Positions 26,619 to 40,850 of a stretch of 42,971 nucleotides of DNA are shown here, piece after piece. Position 1 is the stretch's first letter. Every line of letters begins with the position of its first letter. The DNA comes from Bigelowiella natans CCMP2755 (taxonomy: Eukaryota > Protista > Cercozoa): assembly GCA_000320545.1 (NCBI GenBank), contig ADNK01001142.1:1-42971 (forward strand), written 5' to 3'. The notes below the pieces were generated by a model. It worked only from the letters and a program-made list of their open reading frames with translations. It ran no database searches and was not told the DNA's origin. The translations under genes and the position numbers were made by a program.

Positions 26619-28120
26619 CATAGGGAGCATCAGGCTAGAATATGAGCACACACGAGAGCCTATTTCGTGTCTAATATCCAAACCAATTCGAAAATAGGGC
26701 CAGAAAACTCTTGATGAGATACCACGGTAAGTGTGAAGTTCATTGACCACTCATTTCAAATTCTACAATATGGCTTCCGTCACCCTTACAACAGTTCTAT
26801 CCTCTCCATCCCTTTCCCGACTAGGACTAGCAATAAATCTAGCATATTCCTCGAGGGCGAGAAAATGACTACGATAAACGCGGAGGGGAGTGAGAAAGAA
26901 GTTCAATATCTCCTCGAAGACATTGACGTGATGATAGGAAGCGCTCACTTGGAATCAGACTCTGAAGCGTTGACAGCGATGAACACAAAGCAAACGGAGA
27001 TGGGGTGGGTGTGCACGCACTTTCCCCCAACGACCAGAGATGTTTTGTGTTTTCCATCCAGTCATTTTCCGAATACGAAAATGTGATAGCAACGCCGTTT
27101 CTAAGCGATATATGTACCTTTTTACCGCTCTCAGGCCGATTATTATCACCGAGGCAAAACGCCACTGGACAGATTCTTTTGCCATATTTGCTATAGGGCT
27201 GGACCACAGGAAAAAGCACATCTTGAATTTCTTCCGAACACTCGGCTTGAAAGACAGCGCTATTGTAGTCTCTGGCATCCGACCTGAAAGCCTGAATCAA
27301 ACCTCGCTACAACTGCTTGGGAGGGTGAGACTCAAAACACGGAAATCATGAACACTTCAGGACCGACTCCTCTAATATTCAGAATGACCTTCCCTTCCCT
27401 CTCCAAACACCTGTTCTTGCGCCTCTCTCTCTCTCTCTTTTTCTCTCTCTCTCTATGTGAGAGTGTGTGTTTGTGTTTGGTCATCGTGGATATCATCACT
27501 CCATTTTATCTGAAACACTCACGTGCCCAATCAGTTGGACAGAGAGTACACCATCAGCGGAGAGACGGTGCATTCCCCTCTGGCCGAGGTCGCAACAACG
27601 TACGCGCATCTAAAGGCCATCCAACGGTTCCTGAGGACAGATGCAGGTGCCTACACCAGGAAGAAGATGATCTGGCATTAGTTAGTGATATTATATTTAT
27701 CTCTTCGCAGCGAATAGTAAGTCATCTCGGCACGCTTTGTTTCCCTATGCGTGCGAGTTTAAATGACATGCAAATCGCAAACCTTTTGCTCCCACACCCC
27801 CGCCTGCCTTGAACGAGTAGAATACGGAGTGATATTCGAAGACGATGCCATTTTCGTCGACAACTACAAGCTGTATCTTGATGGAATCTCTGGACAGAGA
27901 GGAGGTGGGTTCATGAGCAACAACCCCGCACAAAAAACACGCACGTAGAAACAGCCGTCCATTGAATTTAGTCGCCGCAGTAGAGGGCATGTCATGTAGA
28001 GATTTTCTGCCGTCAGACGCAAATCTTAGTGATCTGATTCTGAATGAGCCGGTCCCAGGCCTCCTACGCATTTCTTGAAACCCCAAACTCTTCCCCGTTC
28101 TGATATGTGCCCCCCCCCCC

Positions 28121-28157
<37 letters not shown>

Positions 28158-28330
28158 TTTTCTTTCCCCCCCACCCTCTCAGCGACATTCATGGAAATGA
28201 TATCACGTCTTGTACATCGCGCACCTGCTGGCTGGGATGAGATCAACATGGGCCGATGTGTGTCAAAGTGCGCTCAAGATACATCATTGGTAGTTGATTC
28301 ATATTCTCTGTCCAACCCCCCCACCCACCC

Positions 28331-28397
<67 letters not shown>

Positions 28398-30118
28398 GTG
28401 CGTGTGCGCGTGCCATTCCCCATCGGAATGGCGGTTGGGTAGGTGAAGATAAAAGAAAGAGAAGTCATGAGTTGTTAGTCATGTGTCCTCTGCAGCTGAC
28501 TAGCCGTGTGCGTCCTGAGCAACCGGCTCGACATCATCCTCCCCTAATAACAGCTTACCGCCAATATTCTCTTTCTAGATGGACTTAGCCGATGGAATTC
28601 GAATGGTCAAGTCCCCGGAGCAATTCTGCTCATCAGCGTACATCATCAATCGTAAGTCGGCGAGATATCTGGCGAAGCTCTTCAGTCAAAACTTAAGGTT
28701 ATTGAGGAGGAGATTTACCTCGGTGTAACAGCCGAGTAATCAAGCGATCCCTCCGCTCTCGACATAAGCGATGTAACACATGCAATTGCTGCTGCAGCTC
28801 TACCTAACCCATCCCCCCCCCCCCCCCTCCCGAATCACACATTAGGTTTTCCAACGACAAAATGAAAGCAGGTGCCTTCGATAAGGGCGAGTATCAGCAG
28901 TACTCAATATCCCCCCGGCTGTTCAGGCAGGATGGCCGCTGCGGCGTGAATGGGTGCCAGGACCGGCGCGAGTGCATGGAATACACGCCTCAGTGCAAGG
29001 AATGGCGGCAGCCATGCGAGTGGACGCAGAGCTGCACGTCCGTGGATATCGCCTCCCCCCTCGTCCCCGAGCACGCTGCGTTCGCCAAGGCGTTCCCGGA
29101 GGCGAAGCTTGCAGCGCTCGAGGGGATGCGGACGGAGCTCAAGAAGAAGCATCTCCGGATCCGGTCGGTCTACGCGTTTCTGGACCAGTGCAGCTTCTTC
29201 ACGTTCCCCCTCGGCGTGATCAACCAGCTCAAGGTCGCGGAGGATCTTGACCTCATCGGCGACAAGAAGCCCTTCGTCTACATGCCGGAGGACACACAGT
29301 ACCACGACTGCGCCAGCAGCAACCTCACCGCCGCGGAGGCCGCAAAGACGCCTGACTTCTGGGAGAAGTGGTTTCGGCCCATCTCCGACGGCCTCGGAAA
29401 GGACGCCGACGAGAGCGAGGTGTGGGAGTTCTCCCAGCACTCGATCGTCACCGCTTTCTACCACCTCGACGGCGTCCACGCGTACCCGTACTCGAGCGAC
29501 GAGGACGTAATCACGGATACAGCCTGGATCTCGCGCATGCGCGCGAAGGCCTACCCCATCGTGGAGAAGTACATCCGGCCCAACGAGCGCTTCGTCAGCT
29601 TCGCCAAGAGCACGCTCGACGAGAGCCCCCCGGGAACCGACCCCTACCTCATCGGCGTGCACATGCGCGGCAGCGAAGAGTACGTTCACGCGAGGGTGGA
29701 CCCCTCTCTGTACATCTACAAGTCGGAGCAGGAGCTGAACACCCACCCCACCGGGAAGCTCTTCCTCGCGACCGACGACCGCAACTACACGAAGCTGGTG
29801 TCCGAGCGATTCGGCAAACAGCAGATCTGGGCGTCGCCGCAGAGCCTGGCGGAGCAGAAGCTCGCGGATGTGTTCAAAAACAGCAAGGATCGCGCCTCCG
29901 CCGAGGTCTTGATGGACTCGATCTTCCTCGCCATGAGCTCCAAGCTGATCAAGTGCTGGTCAGCTGTCTCCGAGTTTGCCGTGTACTTCCGGCGCACGCT
30001 TTTCCCCTCCATGGCCCCGCTGGCAATCGTCGATCTCGAGGCCGCCAACCAGGTGCAGGAGGACAAGGCCAAGTACTTGGACACGGAGGGCTACCACGCC
30101 GTCAATGTCGTAGTTTAG
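26381..30118 (+). CDS. Signal-peptide glycosyltransferase fusion B: GT25-like domain plus C-terminal NodZ/GT23-like fucosyltransferase domain
   Basis: MVQCYHSLKISFVISIFTLGLALQD signal peptide; LAEVATTYAHLKAIQRF...|EYGVIFEDDA; WDEINMGRC; FCSSAYIINRKSA; SPRLFRQD; Cys-rich linker. Then FWEKWFRPI...IGVHMRGSE...KLFLATDD...LMDSIFLAMSSKLIKCWSAVSEFAVYF. The last exon, 28846-30118, is uninterrupted and GC-rich. Confidence 0.82.
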
Positions 30119-30579
30119 CGAGAAAACGATGGATAAATGATTATTCTAGAGATTTAGACGAGTATCTCTTACGAAATGTAAATATAATAGCAAGGGGAGG
30201 GCGGGGGGGAGGCTAGTAACGGATTCAGTTTTCTCCCAACACCGCTTCTACCACACACAGTATCTATCTTAATCAAAACTTTTAATATTTGAAAAAATTA
30301 ACTATTGACTTCACACAAGCCCAGCATCGGTTCATCTTAAATATGAGATCTAGGAAAGCTCTGAAAGTAGGAGCTCCACGCCCACTATTTGAAGAAAAAC
30401 AAAGTACATTGTACGCAATCTCAGTAATTCGCGTGCTCGGATCCACATCCTTGAGCACAGAAATGAGTACGCAGTCTTTAATTGTAATAAATGTAGTGCA
30501 TAGTATCTTGAGATGTTTACTGGATAAAAAACTTTTTAAACCACCACGATTCTCTTTGTGAAATGATAACATTGGTTCG

Positions 30580-32320
30580 AACGAACGCATCGTAGCATGT
30601 AGCGCAAATTACCACGTAGATCTTGTGACTGCATGCTGCGGTGTCGCAATTGTCCGGTAAGATTCAAAGACGGCTTGTGTGTGGAGCAGCAGGGACGCAA
30701 CAGCGTGATGTGATGATGAGTCGCAGCATACATACAGTTATTACCTTGTGTGTAGTAGTCGCAGCCTCATTATTTGTACAGCTGTGTGCACTAGAATACG
30801 AATGACAATCGACAAATTGCGCACCGCCTGTCTCGATCATGGATGTCGATCGATCTATGCTAGCTAGATGTCTAGATCGATCTTCTAGAGTTGTACGTGT
30901 GCGTGCGTGCGATCGCACCTGCTATCCTGTCATCCAAAGCGATCACATGCATGTGCCACTGCAGGGCATTCATTTTGTCACGTAGCTAAAGCTGTAGCTA
31001 GACAGTGCACAGAATCGCAAACCTCCCTAGCTCGTTCAGCGCGTTGCATGGACGAATTGCACAGCTCGCATGCACACGTCCACAACCAATGAATGCCATT
31101 CTAGCATTTTACATCTGCGGATGGCTAGATGGCTAGATGGCTAGATGGCTAGATGGCAGCGTGGATGAATTAGCTACCTAACATGAAACCGCGGCACATG
31201 CTATGTGGACAGCACTACTAGAGCGCAGCATCTGTGATGTACGTCCCCAAAATTTTGACTGAAGCAGAAAAGTAGTGTGTAACAATGGGGTAGCGACTAG
31301 ACTTAATATGAGCTGCGAACTGTGGACATGTAGCCCATGAGGGCTACAGAGCGTGCCCAGCGGGTTCAGAACACATGTTCTAGTGTTGTCTAGGACACAT
31401 GTGGCTAAGCTCATCTGGTCATGTGTGCTTTGCAACACATGTGCTGATATATATGTGGTGGATAAACAGACATGGAAGAGAACATATGTTGTTAAAAATA
31501 GATTAGAAACTACATGTGTTCGTACGTGCGTACGCTATATAGCCTACAAGGGCTATAGATGGAATCAAGGTTCACAGCGTGTAGCATGATTTGCTTCATT
31601 CATCCAGAATTTGGAAGTGCCACATGTACACGTACGCGCATTTTCTCTAGTTCTGAGAACGTGACAATGGGAGATCATTGTTCGTGGAACCATGGAAGTA
31701 CGTCATCATTATTTGTCGCCACCAACAAGCTTCATTTCTCAAGAAGCACATGTTCTACCTGCAAAGCTAGAAAGGCGAAATTCAACAATGACTGTGATCA
31801 TCAATCAATTTGGAAGTGATGATGCTTGTAGACACAAAATTAACGCATACATCATGATGAAAATGATTGCAAGGTCGTCATCGGGCAACAATGAGCTAAC
31901 TGTCTTCATCATCATGAGTCTCGCTGGCTACACGCATGCTTGTTCACACCTAGCGCTTCATGCAAACATGGACCTAACTAGCTAGTTAGCTAGCAAACTA
32001 GCATGCAAAGACGGATTGAAGAGTGACGCTGCGATGTGGACACATCTAGACATGCTTATTTGCTAGTTTGTTGTCTCATGATCGCGCCAGTTGCGTGAAT
32101 GTGCTGCTAACACTGCGTGAGCTTGAGATATTATCCATGAGCATCAGTTTTACATGTCTTCGGTCGATCACAGCGCGGAATGAGGAAAAAGAGTCGCCAA
32201 TCTTTATCATTGCATCGCTTTACAAGCATGCAATGTGCAGTGTCTGCCTCATAGCTAGATAGCGGCCCGCCGCATGCACGTCAAGTAGTAAGGACACATG
32301 TTTGAAAAAGTGCACGCTAT
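30580..32320. other. Intergenic tract rich in CA/TG and short palindromes (between fusion B and PH-protein 3' ends)
   Basis: e.g. gtcgatcgatctatgctagctagatgtctagatcgatcttctagag at ~30845-30890; many ACATGT/GCATGC/GCTAGC. Confidence 0.7.
31120..31157. repeat. Tandem 8-mer (GATGGCTA)x4 plus a partial copy
   Basis: Directly visible perfect tandem repeat. Confidence 0.95.
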
Positions 32321-32321
32321 T

Positions 32322-32545
32322 TTAAAGCGATAAACCGGCAGTGTCCAATGCAAATACATCTTCGTTGCTTTTGGTCTTCGCAACGCCGGCAAAACTTCGG
32401 CTTGGATAGCTCAGCTGGGATTGGAGAGATGTGAGCCGTGCGCGTGTAGTTTCAATTGCCTGTGATGCTTCCGTCTCCCGTGTAATTCTAGCCTGCACCA
32501 CGGCCTTATCGGCTTCGTACTAATTTGAGTATCACACACAAACAG

Positions 32546-32585
<40 letters not shown>

Positions 32586-32609
32586 CACATACATACGCAA
32601 GCATATTAC

Positions 32610-32645
<36 letters not shown>

Positions 32646-33426
32646 GCGTGCGTGCCTGCTTGGTTTGTGTCTCCCTCCGGAGCGTCTCTTCCTCTGTCAA
32701 ATCCCGTTTCAACTCGATCCACGCTAGCTCTTCGCGTATATGCTGCCGTTCCATTTCCTGAAGCTCTGCTTTGGACTGTTCCAATGCATCGTGAGTCTTC
32801 TTTTGCATCTCAAGCGCCTTCTTAAGGTGCCTGCATATAGCAGAAGCAGGGCGTTGTGTGCGCACACGGGGAACAAAAAAGAGGGTGAAGATACGATCGA
32901 GCGATAGTTGCTATTAGCAGAGAGCTGTCTTTATTCATAGGTGCATATTGACCCTTTGAGAGAATCGATTTCGGATAGAAGTTCATTCTCCCGGCTCTGC
33001 ACCTGGAAATTATGTTTTGTTGTTGCATCGACAATTTATCGATGATTTAGCTCGAGAGTGGACATTCTAAGCGTTTTCTCTGCAGACGCTGGCACAGACA
33101 CATCGGATATTTGACGGGTTTATTTGCCAAACCTTCTCCTTGACTCGGGCCTTCATTTTCTCAAAGTTCTTCTGCATTCTAGCCTCCTGACACATGGCCA
33201 TGGTGACGTCGTAGAGCATTCGAAAGAAAACACAGCAAGTTTAGAAAATCGGGGGGGAGCGTGTGATAGATAGGCCGCCCCAGGCGAAATTGTTTTCTCC
33301 TTTTTTGCATCAAGGAAAAGCATTCGCTGTTCGCTACACTATGCGCGTGGTCGGGAGGATATCTACTGAATTGTGAACCACCTTCTCTTTAAACTTCGCA
33401 GCCAAATTCGTTGCGCTCTCCTACAT

Positions 33427-33472
<46 letters not shown>

Positions 33473-33484
33473 ACCACACATACC

Positions 33485-33519
<35 letters not shown>

Positions 33520-33880
33520 ATATTACTGCCACAGTGGCCTTGCGAGCGCAAAATAACCTTGAGCTGTTGTTGTCCTTTACGAAGCTGTTCCGACTCCGCA
33601 TGCTCGCGTTTTAGAGACTCGCCAAGTCGCAGCACCTGGCATGAAATTGTGCATGAGAGAAGAAGGGTAAATTAGAGAGAGGCTGACACACAACAGGAAA
33701 GCTTGAGAACATCTAATAAATACAGCATTTCTTGTGGCATGAGGAGCCTCCTTCTCCTTCATGCGAAAGGGGTTATGTTTCACCTCCTCCCGCAGCAGCG
33801 CCTCTCGTTTCTTCCATTCTAGCTTCTGTTGATCCGTCGCGATTTGTTGGTGCGTCTTTACACGCATGGCCTGTGCCGAC

Positions 33881-33916
<36 letters not shown>

Positions 33917-34126
33917 GGCAGTTTAAGCAGTTGAACTTGGCGTGATGGAAGGGCTGGCAGCACTCGTCACACTACTCCTAAAATGCTCGCTGAAACTTTA
34001 AAAGAAAGTATTTGTACGAGGCCAGGAAGTCCCCCCCCCAAAAAATCGGAGCGCAATTCATTGTGGAAATAGGTCGTCCGATCATCCAAAATATGATCGT
34101 CACACTGCAATCTTAATGAGGACATG

Positions 34127-34194
<68 letters not shown>

Positions 34195-34219
34195 AACACA
34201 GCAACTTCAACATAATATT

Positions 34220-34262
<43 letters not shown>

Positions 34263-34761
34263 TTATATTTATATTTACATTATATGACTGTACGACAACC
34301 TCGCGCTCTTTTGCCAAAGTGTCCTGTGCAACGGCTAAGCGCCGTGTTTCCTCCCTTTCCCTGGCCTCCGCAGCATCAATCTTCAGCTGCATCTTTAATA
34401 TTAAAACAAGCGTAAGAACAAAGGACTTTGAGCACATTACTACCAACCACGTCTCTCGAAACAACAGAAGAGAATACCCAAGTCATATGAAAACGCATAT
34501 TGGCATGAGAACCCCCTCCCCCCCCCAACACACCCCCGTCCACACTCACGCAATTATGCAAGCATCTTTCGCACAAAAACGCATATGCGACGGCGACGAT
34601 TAAATTAGAAAAGCAGCGAAGGAAGAGGAGGAGGAATACGTGAGGACCTTTTCCATCTCGAGCCTGGCTTTCCCCTCGCGCTCAGATGCCTCTCTATGCG
34701 CTTGCTTTCGAGCTTCTTCTGCAGCTTTCTTTACTTCAGTCAGCTCGGACTACGTGGGGCC

Positions 34762-34798
<37 letters not shown>

Positions 34799-35596
34799 TT
34801 TATGATATCGAGCAATATCATCCACTCGAAATATAGAGGTGCTACCTCCACCGATAAGAGTCTTTTCTCTGCCGTTTCGCCTTTGCGATTTATTTGAACG
34901 TAGACATATTAGCGTGGATTATATTATATTCGCATTATATACCACAAACGCATAAATGTGTCAGAAGGGGAGGGATGGGAGAGGGGAGAGACAGCTGGAG
35001 AGGGAGGGGGAGAGGCAAGAAATTAAAATGCATCGTCGGGATCAAAAACTACACGTTGATGCGTCAGACGAGTTTTGACTAGGAAAGACACTGACTATGT
35101 TGCATTCGTTCTCTCATTTCGCCGATCTCATCTTGCAGCTGCCTCTCTCGCTCCGCTGCCCTACGGGTTTGCTCCTCCAGCAAGCGACCATGTTCTCTGT
35201 AAAGGCAGAGAGGGGAAACGGGGTGGGAAGAAGGGCCGGAATGGAGAGACGATAAGGATACGGATGGCCAAGCCAACTACCAATCATCGTGAAACAACAG
35301 CGGATTTGCTGATAATAAGAACGCCCTCGCAACACAACTCTCTATATACTCCACGGGTGATATTGTTTCACAATCAACGAAGACGATGCCATCACTGTCA
35401 AAACCTCAAACTTTCAGGCATGATCATCGTAACTATCATCACCGCTACCACCACCACCCTTATCATCATCATCATCACCATCATCATCATCATTGCCACC
35501 AATCTAAGACCTGCGGGATGAATCAGCAGACTGCTTGTAGTCAGCAAGTTGCCGTTGGATTTCGGACGTAGCCTATACGCAATAATATATCAATAT

Positions 35597-35631
<35 letters not shown>

Positions 35632-35699
35632 AATAACGAATATATATAATTTCATTAGCTGATTTAAATGCTCCATGCTTCTGCGAGAGAGGATAACGC

Positions 35700-35747
<48 letters not shown>

Positions 35748-35934
35748 GAGAGAAAGATAGAGTGGAGGGAGAGAAAATAAAGAGAGAAAGAAAAAGACAA
35801 AGACCTCTCTCCGTGCTTCTTCTATCTTCTTCGCCTCGGCATCCTCTGCCTCTTTCCGAACTGCACGAAGCCTTAAAAAACCGTAGAGAGAACATTTCAT
35901 TTCGCGCGCTTTCAATTCAAATACGCCAAAGATG

Positions 35935-35977
<43 letters not shown>

Positions 35978-38453
35978 GGGACTTGAAGAAGTCACGCACG
36001 CACTCACGCACATATGATAACAGTATGAATCGAACAGATGCGGTGTAGCTCTCTCCGCATCATCATACCGCTGCTCCATTTCCTCTTCCTTCGTTTTGAT
36101 CACCGTCTCAAGACTCGCCTCTGCCTCTCTCCTGACACGAGCCACCTCTTCCTCTACCTGCACAGCATTCGCCTGGCCGGCTGCCTCGAGCCTACAATCG
36201 GAGCAAAAGGAGGAGTGATGGGGAGGCGGTAGTCACATGCCGAATCATCGTGCATTTTGCCATGTCTCACAGTTTGCATCGACAGGGAGAATCATGTGGT
36301 TTGTCGGCGGAACTTCGGCACCGTTTTTGCAGTTCTTTCATTTCATTTTCATGCGCGTTTCGAAGGGTCGTCGCTTCTTCCTGCGCCCTGCGCCGCTCTG
36401 CATCCTCGCGCCTCTCCCTCTCTCTTTCCCAAGCTTTGCGGCTGCTTTCTAGTCGAGCCTTGTACGCCTGGGAATACGAACAATGACAAACCGCAACTCA
36501 CCACGTCGTTTGACCACAGCGATGATGACAAGGATGATGATGATGATGACAATGATGATGATGAAGGTATATCAAGCTGTGAAAGAAGAGATCCGAGCTG
36601 GGCAGTGAGCGAGAATCAATCCCGCCGGTTCCATATACCATATTCTGCGACGCCACACAGCTCAACCCCCCCAACTTTCGAAAGCAGTAGCAGCCATCAC
36701 CTCACCAACCTGCTCTAAGGCGCTCTGTTTCTGCTCCATCTCCGCCCTCATGCTCTCCATTGCGCGCTCGGATTGCTGCCGCAGTAGTCGCCGCTCCTCC
36801 TCTAACCGCGTCCGCACAAGGTCAGCCTCCTTTTTCCTCAGCAAAGCGTCCCTTCTCTCCTTCTCGTCACCGCCACCCTCCTCCTCCTCCTCCTCCTTTC
36901 CCCCATCCCGCGTCTTCGCGAGCAAGGCTTGTAGCGACCGCACCTTCTCCCCGAGCTCGCCGATTTTGACCTGGCAGCGTTCCAGCTGCTGCTTTTGGCG
37001 TCTCAACCGCGCTTGCCTGTTTTTGGCTGCTTCCAAGCGGCGCTCCTCTTCCGCCCTCTCCCCCCCTACTTCGGTGTTGGAAGACCCCGCATCCCCGAGC
37101 GATTTCCGCAATGAAGAGTTCGCCACCATCATCCCGGCCAAGCTGCTAGGCCGTCTAGCCCGTTGCTGTTTGCGTCTCTCACGGTCTCGCCGCTCCTCGG
37201 ATTCCTTCGCCTCCTCCTCCTCCTCAAGTATTGCTGTGACCCCCCGCTGGAAATGACCTTCGTCGTTCTTGAGCTCGCGCAGTTCCGCTTCTAGGCCGCG
37301 GAGGCGTCTCAATCGAAGCTGTCGTAACTTCGCAACGCCTCCTCCTTTCGCCGCGATCGGGTCTCGCGCTCGCTGCCCCTCTGATGCTTCAACCGGAATC
37401 GAGGAGGTTGAGGAGAACAGCAACACATCCTTCGGCCTCTTCCTCCCCCCCCTAAGGCGATCGTTGGCGCGGCCGTTGTCGCAATTGTCTGAGGAGGGAA
37501 AGGCATCAGAGCGTTGCTTATATCGACTTGCGGAATTTTGAATGAGACGCGCAGCAGCATCATCCGAGATGCCCTCAGCTTCGTTGGCAGATTCGGAGTC
37601 GCCTGTTTTGCGGGGCCAGAAATGGGGGGGAGGGGGGTGCTTGATCAGAGGCAAGGGGAAAGCGGATGACTTCTGCCAAAAAACCGCACACTGGATGGAT
37701 TCGAAATGTATCAAACACACCCGCTGTCCGTATACAAAGAATGGTTACTATTACTGTCTGTGAGAATTGAGATCCGTGTCTTGCGTGAAGTTGACGACGA
37801 CGACGACGATGATGGTGGCGCTCCAGCTTTCGACTCTGAAATCAAGATAACGTGTGAGTCTTTCTTAGCACATGTGTGTGAGCAAGCTGCATATTGCTAC
37901 GGATTAAACATGAAAAGCGGCATTGGGGAGTAAATCTAAGAAACGTCACCGCACCAATACATCTACCACGCGCAATGATACACATATTTGCCGGATTTCA
38001 TTCGGCGCTTCATCGCACCATCTTAGGTTCGTTTGCGGTGCAAAAACAGTCTCCGCACATACTCAAAAATGTGTGAGGGGATGCACGTTTACCCAATAAG
38101 ACTTTGCCGGAGGAAATCCCTCCCCGTGCCTTTCTCTTCACCTTACGGGGACCGAAGATGTCTCGTTTATATGCAGATGGCGTTGTGCTAGAAATTGCCT
38201 CTTGGGAAGCACGTTTTGAAGAAACAGCTGGTTTGCTTTCATCTTCGTTTGGCGCGGCGCCATTGTTGTCTTTGGCGACCACCTCCCTCCCCCCCGATGG
38301 CGAAAAATTCTTTGATAAATCCTGCAAGAAAAGAAGCCCAATTTCCATCGTTAGTTGCCAGCGATATTGGACGCTTTGCAATAAAAACGACGCTGCACCG
38401 AGAGCTCATGTTTTTTGTGAAGGTATACGAGTAAAAGAGAGACGTAGAGAGAG

Positions 38454-38501
<48 letters not shown>

Positions 38502-38990
38502 GGTGGGTGGAGGTGAGGGGTGAGGGGGGTGGTGAAAGGAGAAGGAAGACGTTGTGTACAGAAAAATAGAACCTGTTTCTCCTGCTGCTGCAGTAGAGAC
38601 TTCAACTTACTCACAGAATTTGAATACTTTCTAAATGTCCGAACCTTACGATAAAGAGAAAGGAGGTTGCAGTTTCATTCCCCCTGCCTACCCCCCCACC
38701 CCCCCCCCCCCTTCCCTCTCCGGCACTCCCCTCTCCTCGAGAACATCGGAACAATGTTGCTGCGACGCAACTATTTTCATGGCGAGGAACGGCGGTGCAA
38801 AGGAAAGATGATAGAAAGAAAAGAAAGATAAACGTGTTGGAATACTATCGGGCGAGTGGAGGGAAAGTACCAACCTCTTTTGTCACGAGCAGAACCCATT
38901 TCTCAGCTTTGTCCGCATCCGCAGCGCGGAAGAGATGAACCTCGCCCTTCTCTAGACCTCTATGTGCGGTTTTGCATGGATTGGTTAATT

Positions 38991-39033
<43 letters not shown>

Positions 39034-40494
39034 ATCCTCAAAACTTTGAGCAAGTAGGAAAAACACAACGAATACGCATAGGAATGGCAGTCGCGACCAC
39101 GTAGAACAGCCGTCTGTGGGCATTCGCTTTGCTTGTTTTCCCGTGCCGTCTGGCAGCTGCACTGATGCTATTGCCGATGTCCTCGTCTTCTGCTTTCGGG
39201 CCCTTTCCAAAGCCAACAACATCTTTCTCACGGCCGCTTTCGCACTGGTGAATGGTGCAACGAGTGTGTCAGAAACAATGAGAAACATCGTTACGTCGAT
39301 GAGACAAATGGATCACATGAGAGCCATGCCATGCCGCTTGCCAATGCACTGCAAGTACATATTTATTTCGCTGAATGAAAACGTGGTAACGCCTTCCCGC
39401 CTCCCAAATTAGATGTTCAAACAATAACTTATAAAAACAGAACCAAAACAGAATAATGGTCAGAAGCGCCATCCTCGTGGCAAAAGGCCCCGACCTTCGC
39501 GAGCACAAGGGAGTCAATTTGCTTTGCGTCCTTCGACTCGTCCTCAAAGTATACCAGCAGAGGCTCGAGCACGGTCTTTCTTTGCGCCGTCTAAAAACGA
39601 CGATTCAGCCGAATACCAGAAGTGAGTGAATATGCGTCGCAGAGGAAGTACAACTGAAAAGTATTTCGAGATACTGTTTTCGATTCGAATATTCACGTGA
39701 ATACCTTTGCGGGCACGTGGCCATTCGCAGCTCTGCGAATCACAGTATACGACGGCTGTCGGAGACGGCAATGCAGCCTCCTTTTTATGGATTGGAGAGG
39801 GGGACAATGAATAAATGAATTCTTGTGTTTGAGGGCTATGAAGTGAAAAAGCATGTTTATATCTCTCGAAGATGACGAGAACGATGGAAAGAGGAGAAAA
39901 ATGTTTCTTGGGCGCCTCAAAGCGAGGAAGGAGCACTATTATCCTAATCCACCGAGAATGTGCACAAGTTCAGAGTTGTTTGCTGAATTACTACCAACCT
40001 GAAAGTGCTATTTCCATCCCCCCCCTCCTCCATCTCGAGCCAGCCTGACGAACGGGAACTATCCATGATCGATATATCGTACTTCCGGAGATCAAGCGCA
40101 GAGCCGCTGCCATCCATGTCTTCATCGTCGCCAGCCTCTTCTTCATCGTTGGTGCGCCGGCTGCTGCTACTGGCATTGCTACCACCGCCTTTTAGAGACG
40201 AATATAAAACAGCACAGCGGTATTAAGACTTCAAGATTTCTCCGCCACAACCCAAATCTACCCACACACACACGCACGTGCACATACACGCACGTACACA
40301 CGCGCCAGTGACAGCATAAATCGCGTACTCTCCTTACTACTGCCTCGCGCTGATATGACCTCCATCGCCTGAGGCTTTCGAGTCGATCTGGTGCTGTATC
40401 ACCTATTCGCAGGGGGAATTCAGTGTCAATTTTTCCATACCCACATAATACGTGTGCATATACGCACCCACACGATACAGGCAAGCCATGTTCC

Positions 40495-40539
<45 letters not shown>

Positions 40540-40804
40540 CACAAAGATCGTTTATCACCGTGATCCATTCGGTCCGCACCCAAGCCAAATCCGTGCGAAA
40601 CACATATGCGCGTCCATTGTCCGCAGTTAATTGGAAGATGTAGCCCTCATCTTTGGCTTCGTTGCTGTCCTCAGGGACCTTCACCCGTGCGTTGTGTAGA
40701 TGTCTGCCGGACGGATACGATCAATGCGTACAGCGTGAGAACACTCTATATTTATATACATAACCCACTATGATGTGGGAGAGAGGGGAGAGAGATAGAG
40801 AGAA

Positions 40805-40850
<46 letters not shown>

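Noticed and set aside
28904-30216. Long overlapping ORFs of 280 aa (-) and 282 aa (+)
   Set aside because: Shadow frames of a high-GC3 exon; no recognisable motifs.
31120-31157. Tandem repeat considered as CRISPR-like or telomeric
   Set aside because: 8-bp unit with no spacers, eukaryotic context, and not a recognised telomere motif.
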